A stretch of DNA of 12,653 bases, taken from Candidatus Rifleibacteriota bacterium (GTDB lineage: Bacteria > Muiribacteriota > Ozemobacteria > Ozemobacterales > Ozemobacteraceae). Position 1 is the first letter of the stretch; each line of letters opens with the position of its first letter. The translations under genes were made by a program, and so were the position numbers. This document shows positions 1 to 6,672 of the stretch, piece by piece. The stretch lies in the NCBI GenBank assembly GCA_051747585.1, contig JBNJGH010000097.1, positions 1-12,653 of the forward strand. Reading direction: 5' to 3'. The notes beneath the pieces are model-generated. The model ran no database searches and was not told where the DNA came from. It saw nothing but the letters and a program-made list of their open reading frames with translations.

Positions 1-134
1 TGGCCTCAGTGGTTTAAATTCTATATTTGACAGAAAGAAATAAAACCAGAACTTTTTGTAACCAGCTAATAATAATTGACCGAGAATTCCTGAGTATTTA
101 TCCATTTGTTTGTAGTAACCGTTTCAAGACATTT

Positions 135-324
135 AGATTGCTTCGTCGTTTTGCTTCGCATAAAGCTTCGCAGAACTCCTCGCAATGACACCCTATTGCG
201 GTCCCTGAGCGGAGTCGAAGGGACCAGATAATTGTTCACTTGGTGGTTTCGACTACGCTCAACCACCAATATACGATGACAGCTTCAAATTGTCATTGCG
301 AGGAGCGTAGCGACGAAGCAATCT
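135..324. repeat. Nested REP-like palindromic repeat cluster (two inverted pairs, A-B-B'-A')
   Basis: Outer pair: AGATTGCTTCGTCG (135-148) and CTCCTCGCAATGACA (176-190) are exact reverse complements of 311-324 and 291-305. Inner pair: hairpins at 200-225 (GGTCCCT..AGGGACC) and 240-269 (TTGGTGGTT..AACCACCAA). Their cores TGAGCGGAGTCGAA (206-219) and TTCGACTACGCTCA (248-261) are reverse complements with 1 mismatch. Confidence 0.85.
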
Positions 325-397
325 TTGATATGCTCAAATTTAGTTAAAAAAAACAAAAATGTCTTGAAACTCGCTAATATTAATAATGGATAATTAC

Positions 398-490
398 TGC
401 AATTCAGCAAAATTTTTGTACTGGGTCGCGCTCTATCCTCAGGTGCCTCAGGGATTAGGACATTCTGCCCGTCATCGTTGCCGAATTGCA
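398..490. other. Unidentified stem-loop element with GC-rich interior
   Basis: TGCAATTCAGCAA (398-410) pairs with TTGCCGAATTGCA (478-490) at 12/13 positions; the mismatch is G-U on the minus strand. The interior (421-482) is clearly GC-richer than the flanks and has short internal stems (GGGT/GCCC, ATCC/GGAT). Confidence 0.45.
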
Positions 491-547
491 AAATAATTCT
501 TTGTGGTCAAGAAACTTTGTGTGAAAAAAACACTGGCACCCAGTCTA

Positions 548-565
548 ATGTGAAATAAAGCACAA
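548..565. promoter_or_regulatory. Rex/CRP-like palindromic operator
   Basis: ATGTGAAATAAAGCACAA matches TGTGA-N6-TCACA at 9/10 and the Rex consensus TTGTGAA-N4-TTCACAA at 11/14. Confidence 0.35.
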
Positions 566-718
566 GCCCGGTTCAGTAAGTTACGATAAATGTTGTAAAA
601 ATATTTAAACTATGGTTTAATCTTTGTCGAAGCATTGTTTTGTGTGTGAAAAAATAACACAAGTGTGGAATTTGAACCCTGATTTTATGTTCTTAGCACT
701 AAATAAGGGGTTTTAAAA

Positions 719-735
719 TTGGCACGGAAGTTGCT
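719..735 (+). promoter_or_regulatory. sigma54 (RpoN) -24/-12 promoter
   Basis: TTGGCACGGAAGTTGCT matches the consensus TGGCACG-N4-TTGCW exactly, with correct GG-N10-GC spacing (GG 721-722, GC 733-734). Predicted transcription start is about 746. Confidence 0.85.
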
Positions 736-745
736 CGTATATAAG

Positions 746-1060
746 TAGCTCATTGAAAAAAGAAAAAAAAGTGTTTTCCGGATCGTTTACAGCTAGATAA
801 TAGTTGGATCGCCGAATTGTCACAAAAATATTTAAAGCTCAAGTCACAGAATGAATCAGGCACGGTCATAATAATTAGATATGCAATATTTACAACTTAT
901 ATTGAAGAAAATACAACAGCATTAGTCAAAGTAAATTAACAGCATGATCCGGAAAGCTCTTTTTTATAAATTTAAGTCGTCTCTCTCAGATGACTTCAAG
1001 TATCCTCTCAAAAGATCCTCTCACTTTGTCCCCGGTTTTTTATTCCGGGGACTTTTTTTT
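746..1060 (+). ncRNA. Candidate sigma54-dependent non-coding RNA (~315 nt)
   Basis: Lies between the sigma54 promoter and a plus-strand terminator and contains no credible ORF. Helices 765-786/944-965 and 974-996 contain G-U pairs that form only on the plus strand. No family recognised. Confidence 0.6.
1028..1060 (+). terminator. Rho-independent terminator
   Basis: GTCCCCGG (1028-1035), 9-nt loop, CCGGGGAC (1045-1052), then T8 (1053-1060). The minus-strand reading has no U-tract. It overlaps the last codons of rseC. Confidence 0.8.
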
Positions 1061-1489
1061 GCAAATTTCTATCACTTTCAGACTGAGTTTATTGGCTGAT
1101 CTGGTTCTTGCTATAATCGCCAGCAAAAAAAAACCCAGGCCAAGAGCGGAAAAACCGGAGATAAATCTTGCCTGGTCTGTTAATTCAAAGCCAAAGGTTG
1201 AGCACAGGAAAGGAGTCAGCAGCAAACCCACAAAAAAAGAGGCAAGGGGAATACCAAATACCAGAATAGCCGCAAGAGTGCCTTCGCCGGGGTTTATATC
1301 AAGAATTACTTCGTCACCGATCCTGGGAGAAAATTCTCCTTTAAGAACGTCTATACGTTTAAGAGCAGATTTCTTTTCTCCGCCCAGCAAGCCGGTGCAA
1401 GCGTGACAACCGTTACATTCAGGTCTTGGTGAAACTTCTACAACAACCGATTCTTCATTAACCTTAACTACTTTGCCTGGTAAACTCAT
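1040..1489 (-). CDS. rseC: RseC/MucC family protein (SoxR-reducing system / Rnf-associated)
   Basis: 149 aa. N-terminal beta-type segment GKVVKV..VVVEV, Cys motif CNGCHAC, 'IGDEVIL' motif, then two hydrophobic helices starting 'AAILVFGIPL'. Located near the rnf operon. Confidence 0.85.
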   Translation of the reverse strand: MSLPGKVVKVNEESVVVEVSPRPECNGCHACTGLLGGEKKSALKRIDVLKGEFSPRIGDEVILDINPGEGTLAAILVFGIPLASFFVGLLLTPFLCSTFGFELTDQARFISGFSALGLGFFLLAIIARTRSANKLSLKVIEICKKKSPE

Positions 1490-1534
1490 ACTTATAATTG
1501 CTTTCTAATGTTATTTCTAAAATTTCTCTTTTTA

Positions 1535-1543
1535 TGGTACGCT
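1535..1543 (+). promoter_or_regulatory. Putative extended -10 promoter (leaderless transcript)
   Basis: TG-G-TACGCT fits TGnTAnnnT. The expected +1 falls on the ATG at 1550, and there is no Shine-Dalgarno upstream. Confidence 0.4.
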
Positions 1544-1549
1544 AAAATG

Positions 1550-2119
1550 ATGAAAATAAAAAGACTTTCTCTGCTGGTTTGTCTGCTTTTAACAACTTTT
1601 TCAAATCTTTTTGCACAGGGGACTTCTTATATCGGATTTCCGCCATCTGAACCAACAACAACTCAAAGTGATACAGATGGCGAAGCAGGTGCAAGTCGGC
1701 AACAGGAGGAAACAGCTACACAAACTCAGAATGTTGAGCCAGAATTTTCGGGTATTAATTCCTATGATCCATATATGGACAATCATTTGCATGCTCCACC
1801 ATCAGAAAAGCCTATAGGTCTTTTTGGCAAGCCGATCAAAGAAGTAGAAAAAATTCTCGACCAGTATGGTGCAAAAAATTATTCATATGCTTTTGGAAAA
1901 TACAGTCGCATGAGAATCTCTCCATACCTGCTTACGATGTATTTTAACCGGCAGAGAAGGCTTGGTGGTCTGGCAGTTGAGCCAATGGCACCTTTTAAAT
2001 ATATTGCGCCTTCAGCAAGAAAATTTTTTATTGGGCTGTTCTTGCAAAATCAGAGTATGGAAAAGTTTAAATCTATTATTTCAAGAAATCGCCTTGAACT
2101 TCGTTACAAGCCGGATTAA
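1550..2119 (+). CDS. Hypothetical exported protein
   Basis: ORF is open from 1508, but a start at 1547 or 1550 gives a typical signal peptide MKIKRLSLLVCLLLTTFSNLFA|QG. A low-complexity T/Q/E/S linker and an unrecognised ~100-aa domain follow. The stop overlaps the convergent plsY-like stop (TTAA 2116-2119). Confidence 0.75.
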   Translation: MKIKRLSLLVCLLLTTFSNLFAQGTSYIGFPPSEPTTTQSDTDGEAGASRQQEETATQTQNVEPEFSGINSYDPYMDNHLHAPPSEKPIGLFGKPIKEVEKILDQYGAKNYSYAFGKYSRMRISPYLLTMYFNRQRRLGGLAVEPMAPFKYIAPSARKFFIGLFLQNQSMEKFKSIISRNRLELRYKPD

Positions 2120-2766
2120 TTTTCAGTAAAAGAGTTTTCTGTTTTAGCCGGGTCTTTTGATTTTTTGATGCCCATATAGCTTTTTAATTCTTCTCTGTGT
2201 TCCCAGAATGTCCATAAAGACATGAAGGCCACTATATAAAGAAAAAACAGGTCTTCTGGTCTAATAGCGGTTACCCAGATTATTGAAAGAATGGGCATTG
2301 CGCCGGCAGCACTCAAGGCACCGGGTTTGGTCGATAAACCCCAGAAGGCAAGCCAGGCACCAATTAAAAATGCTATGATTGCCGGAACAGGAAGAAGTGT
2401 AGCCGTAACCCCAAAAGTCGGGGCAAGGCCACGTCCGCCTCTAAAGCCAAGAAAAGGTGAATTACAATGCCCTATAATTGTTAAGAGGCCTCCAAGACTC
2501 AGCCATACCCAATGGGTAAAGGTATCAGGGCCGAGAAAATAAACGGCAACCGGATATATAGTTAAAAAGCCTTTAAAGAAATCAAGTAAACAGATAAAAA
2601 GACCAAGAGGAATGCCAAGAATTTGAAACATTTCCCCTGGTGTCACTGTTGTTCTGGTGCCTGGGCTGATTAAAGTCTTACCGGTTTTCAATCTTCCGGC
2701 AATCTCTCCGAAAGGCAGGCTGCCAATCAGAAAGGATGACAGTAAATAAGCTATTACATGATTCAT
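2116..2766 (-). CDS. plsY: PlsY-family (glycerol-3-phosphate acyltransferase-like) membrane protein, divergent
   Basis: 216 aa polytopic protein with family marks YLLSSFLIGSLPFG, LLDFFKG, IIGHC.SPFLGFRGGRGLA and C-terminal HRE. Motifs 1 and 3 are degenerate. Starts 7 nt after the rnfB stop. Confidence 0.8.
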   Translation of the reverse strand: MNHVIAYLLSSFLIGSLPFGEIAGRLKTGKTLISPGTRTTVTPGEMFQILGIPLGLFICLLDFFKGFLTIYPVAVYFLGPDTFTHWVWLSLGGLLTIIGHCNSPFLGFRGGRGLAPTFGVTATLLPVPAIIAFLIGAWLAFWGLSTKPGALSAAGAMPILSIIWVTAIRPEDLFFLYIVAFMSLWTFWEHREELKSYMGIKKSKDPAKTENSFTEN

Positions 2767-2773
2767 TTAGTTA

Positions 2774-3787
2774 TTATTTGTTTTTCATTTCTATACATTT
2801 TTTTGGACATTTTTCAGCGCACATACCACAGCCTACACATTTGTCGGCTATAATTTCATGCTTTTCTTTTGGTTTTCCACCATCAACTGCATCGAACTTA
2901 CACACTTTATAACAAATGGTGCATTTAACGCAATCATCCTGATTTATTTCGGCTACTCTACCTTTAAATTCCGGTTGATCTTCCATAATAATTGAATTTT
3001 GCGGGCAAACAGCAACACATGCACCACATTGAACACATTTGCTGTAATCGATTTTTGCCAGATTATCTTCGATTGTTATTGCATCGTAGGCACAAACTCT
3101 TTTGCAAAGGCCACAGCCGATACAGCCAACTTTACATGCTTTACGTGTATCTGCACCTTTTTCGGTCGAGTTACATTTTACATGAACCTGCTGCTCTTTA
3201 TCGACCATTTCAATTAATTGTTTTGGGCAGGCAAGAACACATTTACCACAAGCGACACACTTTTCTTCATCGACTATTGGAAGATGTTGGGAACCAATTT
3301 TTATAGCATCAAACTTACATGCTTCAACGCACGAGCCAAAGCCCATACAGCGATGGGGGCATCGCCAGGGTCCACTTTGCAGCATTACCGCTGCCTGGCA
3401 GTTTTTTACGCCATTATATTCAAATTTCTGGTATTCTTCACTATCCGAACCATTGCATTTGACAAGAGCTGCTTTTACCACCGGCTTTTTCTCACCTTCA
3501 ATTTTTTCATTCAAACCAAGCAGGTCTTCAATTTTAGCGCGGTTTTCGGCAGATATTACCGGGCAGGCTGTAACAGGAACAGCATCTTTTACGATTGCTT
3601 CGGCAAGACCTGCGCAACCAGGATATCCGCAGCCTCCGCAGTTAGCACCGGGCAGCAATTCAAGGGTTTCTTCGATTTTTGGATCGACATAAACATAGAA
3701 TTTTTTGGCAGCATAAGACAGCAGGGCTCCAAATAAAAAACCCAGACAGCCTAAGACAATTATCGCTGTAAAAATTTGTGTAATCAT
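2774..3787 (-). CDS. rnfB: Rnf complex subunit B (long polyferredoxin type)
   Basis: 337 aa. N-terminal membrane anchor, LPGANCGGCGYPGC motif and six ferredoxin-type Cys motifs. Last gene of rnfCDGEAB. Confidence 0.95.
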   Translation of the reverse strand: MITQIFTAIIVLGCLGFLFGALLSYAAKKFYVYVDPKIEETLELLPGANCGGCGYPGCAGLAEAIVKDAVPVTACPVISAENRAKIEDLLGLNEKIEGEKKPVVKAALVKCNGSDSEEYQKFEYNGVKNCQAAVMLQSGPWRCPHRCMGFGSCVEACKFDAIKIGSQHLPIVDEEKCVACGKCVLACPKQLIEMVDKEQQVHVKCNSTEKGADTRKACKVGCIGCGLCKRVCAYDAITIEDNLAKIDYSKCVQCGACVAVCPQNSIIMEDQPEFKGRVAEINQDDCVKCTICYKVCKFDAVDGGKPKEKHEIIADKCVGCGMCAEKCPKKCIEMKNK

Positions 3788-3802
3788 AATTTAATAATTC
3801 CT

Positions 3803-4381
3803 TTAAACTAATCCAGAAAAGCCCATAAAAGCAGTTGCAAGCAAACCGGCAGTAACAAAGGTAATTGGCGCACCTTTCATTGCTTCGGGCACTTCAGCGA
3901 TTTCGAGTCGTTCTCTGACTCCGGCCATAAGAATTAATGCAAAGAAGAAACCTACACCCGCGCCGAAAGAGTTAACTGCTGATTCTAGAAGATTGTAGTT
4001 GTTTTTAATATTGAGTAATGCAGCGCCAAAAACGGCACAGTTGGTTGTAATCAGTGGTAAAAAGACGCCTAGTGACTGGTATAAAGCCGGCGCGGCTTTT
4101 CTGACGACCATCTCAACGAACTGAACCAGAGAAGCAATAACCAGGATAAAGGATATTGTCTGGAGATATTCAAGTTGAAACCTCACCAGAATAAAATGTT
4201 GAATGCCCCAGGTAACTACACCGGCCATAACCATAACAAATGTTACCGCAAAACCCATGCCAACAGCTGAATCAAGCTTGCTGGAAACACCAATGAAAGG
4301 ACATATCCCAAGAATTTGATTTAAAACAAAGTTTTCAATAAAAACTGCAACAATAAATATACTAATTAATCCGCTGGTCAT
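3803..4381 (-). CDS. rnfA: Rnf complex subunit A
   Basis: 192 aa hydrophobic protein with ENFVL..ILGICPF, LPLITTNCAV and GVRERL motifs. SD AAGGAG; 1-nt TAATG overlap with rnfE. Confidence 0.96.
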   Translation of the reverse strand: MTSGLISIFIVAVFIENFVLNQILGICPFIGVSSKLDSAVGMGFAVTFVMVMAGVVTWGIQHFILVRFQLEYLQTISFILVIASLVQFVEMVVRKAAPALYQSLGVFLPLITTNCAVFGAALLNIKNNYNLLESAVNSFGAGVGFFFALILMAGVRERLEIAEVPEAMKGAPITFVTAGLLATAFMGFSGLV

Positions 4382-4977
4382 TATGCATCTCCTTTTGCTT
4401 CAAGGTGACGTTTTAAAGCGATCAAAAGACCGAAAACAATAAATCCGCCTGGAGCCATGATCATTACTAATGCAGGGTCTGCACTGAAAAACGGAATGAC
4501 ATAGCCAAAAAGTTTGCCTTCCCCCAGAAGCTCACGGAAAAAAGCGATCATTACCAAAGCGATAGTGAAGCCTATACCCATTCCAAAAGCATCCATTATT
4601 GAAGGAAGAGTTTCGTTTTTGCTGGCAAATGATTCGGCTCGACCCAGAATTACACAGTTAACAACAATCAGGGGAATGAAAATGCCCAGACTTGAGGATA
4701 GGGCAGGGGAAAAAGCTGCTATCAGTTTGTCTATTATTGTTACAAAGGTTGCAATAATTACGATAAAAACAGGTATTCTAATTTTTGACGGAACTGTTTT
4801 GCGAATCAAAGATACGATTATGTTGCTTCCAAGTAAAACGAAAGTTGTAGCAACACCCATTCCTATTGCATTAAATAATGAAGAAGATACCGCCAGGGCC
4901 GGACAAAGACCAAGGGCAATTACAAAAATCGGATTTTCTTTCCAGAATCCTTTGGTTAAATGTTGTGTCAGAGTCAT
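4381..4977 (-). CDS. rnfE: Rnf complex subunit E
   Basis: 198 aa with ENP..LGLCPALAV, IPLIVVNCVILGRAE and RELLG motifs. ATGA overlap with rnfG; SD GGAGGT. Confidence 0.96.
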   Translation of the reverse strand: MTLTQHLTKGFWKENPIFVIALGLCPALAVSSSLFNAIGMGVATTFVLLGSNIIVSLIRKTVPSKIRIPVFIVIIATFVTIIDKLIAAFSPALSSSLGIFIPLIVVNCVILGRAESFASKNETLPSIMDAFGMGIGFTIALVMIAFFRELLGEGKLFGYVIPFFSADPALVMIMAPGGFIVFGLLIALKRHLEAKGDA

Positions 4978-5594
4978 TTTACACCTCCGGTTGCTGAAGC
5001 TGTAGAAGGTTCAGGGGGGCTGAGGCTTTCCAGCTGGGGTGCAATCAGATTGAATTTGGCCAGACTGTCTCGAATGCCTTTGCAGAAAGCCCTGGAGCTG
5101 ATAGTCGCTGCTGTAATCGCGTCTACATCGCCGCCATCCTGTTTAACCATAAATACAGGAGATTTTTTTTCTTTTATCAGTTCTTTGAAAGGATCCATAA
5201 ATACAGGGTCAGAAAGCTTGGTTCCCAAGCCTGGAGTTTCTTTTTGCGAAAGAATTTTTACACCGGCTATTTTTCCCTGGTTATCTATACCCACGACCAT
5301 TTCAATTGTTCCACCATAGCCTTTGGGATAGGCGTTTACAACAACCCCGGCTTTTTGATTCTCTTCTGTCCAGCCCGAACTGTAGCTCAAAGATTTTTTA
5401 TCATCTTCCAGCTTTAAATTATGCTGCTGAAATTTAGCTGCTTCGGGTAAAACTTCTTTGCGTGCTTTTTGCAGCAAAGCTTTTTTGTTCTGAGCAATTC
5501 TGGGAGCGGTAATTTTTTCGGTTACTGCCAGGAGGGCTCCAGCAATAGAGGCAATTACAAAAAGGAAAAGACCCATTTTAATCATGTCTTTCAT
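4974..5594 (-). CDS. rnfG: Rnf complex subunit G (covalent FMN)
   Basis: 206 aa with N-terminal anchor, GYGG, ETPGLG and FMN-attachment motif DAITAATISS. ATGA overlap with rnfD. Confidence 0.96.
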   Translation of the reverse strand: MKDMIKMGLFLFVIASIAGALLAVTEKITAPRIAQNKKALLQKARKEVLPEAAKFQQHNLKLEDDKKSLSYSSGWTEENQKAGVVVNAYPKGYGGTIEMVVGIDNQGKIAGVKILSQKETPGLGTKLSDPVFMDPFKELIKEKKSPVFMVKQDGGDVDAITAATISSRAFCKGIRDSLAKFNLIAPQLESLSPPEPSTASATGGVK

Positions 5595-6655
5595 GCTTGC
5601 ACCTCCTGCACTTTTTTAACGGTTCCGAATTTTTCCGGAACGGTAAAGCGGTCAATAATCGGAACAAGTGCATTCATAATTAGAATCGAGTAACAGACTC
5701 CTTCAGGGTAACCGCCTTTCATTCTTATTAAAAGCGTAATAGCTCCGCAGCCAAAACCAAAAATCAGTTGTCCCATGCCTGTCATCGGAGAGGTGACCAT
5801 ATCTGTGATCATAAAGATTGCTCCAATAATCAGGCCGCCGGTTAAGAAATGAAACAGGGCATATTCAAGTGAACCGCCAAAAATAAAGGCACCACCAGCA
5901 ACTGTAGCTATCATGGCGACAGGAGCCTGCCAGGTTATATGGCCTCTGATCAGCAGGTAAAGACCGCCGATTAAAAGAGCCAATTTTGATGTTTCTCCCA
6001 GGGAGCCACTGAAATTAAGGCCAAGGAAAAGGTCGGAAAAGCTTACCTGTAGCTGTTGCATTGTATAAGTAACAAGACTGGTGCCCTGTTCGGCAAGTCT
6101 TGACATGAGTTCTGGATCGTTTGCGGATTCCTTTAGAATTCCTAATGGAGTGGCACAGGTTAAAGCATCTGCAGTTTTTTCAACTCCATTGGGTTTCAGC
6201 CAGGTTGTCATATAAACGGGCCAACTGGCCAGCAACATAGCCCTGGCAACATGAGCAGGATTAAAAATGTTCTGGCCCAGGCCGCCATAAACCTGTTTCC
6301 CTAGAGAAATTGCAACAATTCCACCGATGAAGGCTACCCACCATGGCAGAGCTGCAGGTAGACAAAAAGCGAGCAACAGACCTGTTACTATTGCGCTGCC
6401 GTCAGATATTGTTGAAGGCTGTTTTAAAAGAAATTTTTGAATGAAATATTCAGTTATAACTGCTCCAAGTATCGACGCGACAATAACCAGGGCAGCTTTA
6501 CCTCTAAAGTTGTATAAAGCCATTGCCAGAGCAGGAATAAGTGCAATGTTTACATCCCACATTACTTTGGCTGCGGTCATATTGTCATGAAGATGTGGTG
6601 AGCTGGTGACCATTAGCTGATCTACTTTAGATAAAGGCTGTTTTTCTTTGTTCAT
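5591..6655 (-). CDS. rnfD: Rnf complex subunit D
   Basis: 354 aa with SSPH, GGLGQNIFNPA, FMN motif DALTCATPL, GSLGETS, TDMVTSP and GGYPEG. Confidence 0.96.
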   Translation of the reverse strand: MNKEKQPLSKVDQLMVTSSPHLHDNMTAAKVMWDVNIALIPALAMALYNFRGKAALVIVASILGAVITEYFIQKFLLKQPSTISDGSAIVTGLLLAFCLPAALPWWVAFIGGIVAISLGKQVYGGLGQNIFNPAHVARAMLLASWPVYMTTWLKPNGVEKTADALTCATPLGILKESANDPELMSRLAEQGTSLVTYTMQQLQVSFSDLFLGLNFSGSLGETSKLALLIGGLYLLIRGHITWQAPVAMIATVAGGAFIFGGSLEYALFHFLTGGLIIGAIFMITDMVTSPMTGMGQLIFGFGCGAITLLIRMKGGYPEGVCYSILIMNALVPIIDRFTVPEKFGTVKKVQEVQA

Positions 6656-6672
6656 CTCTATCTTTCCTTAAA

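Noticed and set aside
2..43. Possible 3' end of an upstream plus-strand gene (GLSGLNSIFDRKK-stop)
   Set aside because: Plausible but too short to support; needs sequence left of the window.
66..269. 67-aa minus-strand ORF (MVVERSRN...)
   Set aside because: It is a translation of the REP-like palindromes, with no SD or recognisable domain.
135..324. CRISPR array
   Set aside because: Repeats are inverted and of two types, with no regular direct repeat-spacer periodicity and no cas genes.
398..490. SAM-I or c-di-GMP-II riboswitch (minus-strand CGGCAAC..CTAATCC..GATAG; GGCACC..AGCGCGACC)
   Set aside because: Only fragments match. The SAM-I 5' half and GGUGC partner are missing, and the c-di-GMP-II kink-turn partner and pseudoknot pairing are incomplete.
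285..491. 68-aa minus-strand ORF
   Set aside because: Runs through the stem-loop, A/T tracts and a repeat copy; no SD or family signal.
528..575. Twister ribozyme-like words (AACACTG..CAAGCCCGG)
   Set aside because: The upstream CCGGU strand needed to close the conserved stem and the downstream GAG element are absent.
746..1060. CsrB/RsmZ-type sponge or glycine riboswitch
   Set aside because: Only a few GGA motifs on the plus strand, mostly in stems; no glycine aptamer core on either strand.
990..1406. 138-aa plus-strand ORF as the target of the sigma54 promoter
   Set aside because: Antisense shadow of rseC, no SD, start lies inside a hairpin, and the terminator at 1028-1060 would cut it.
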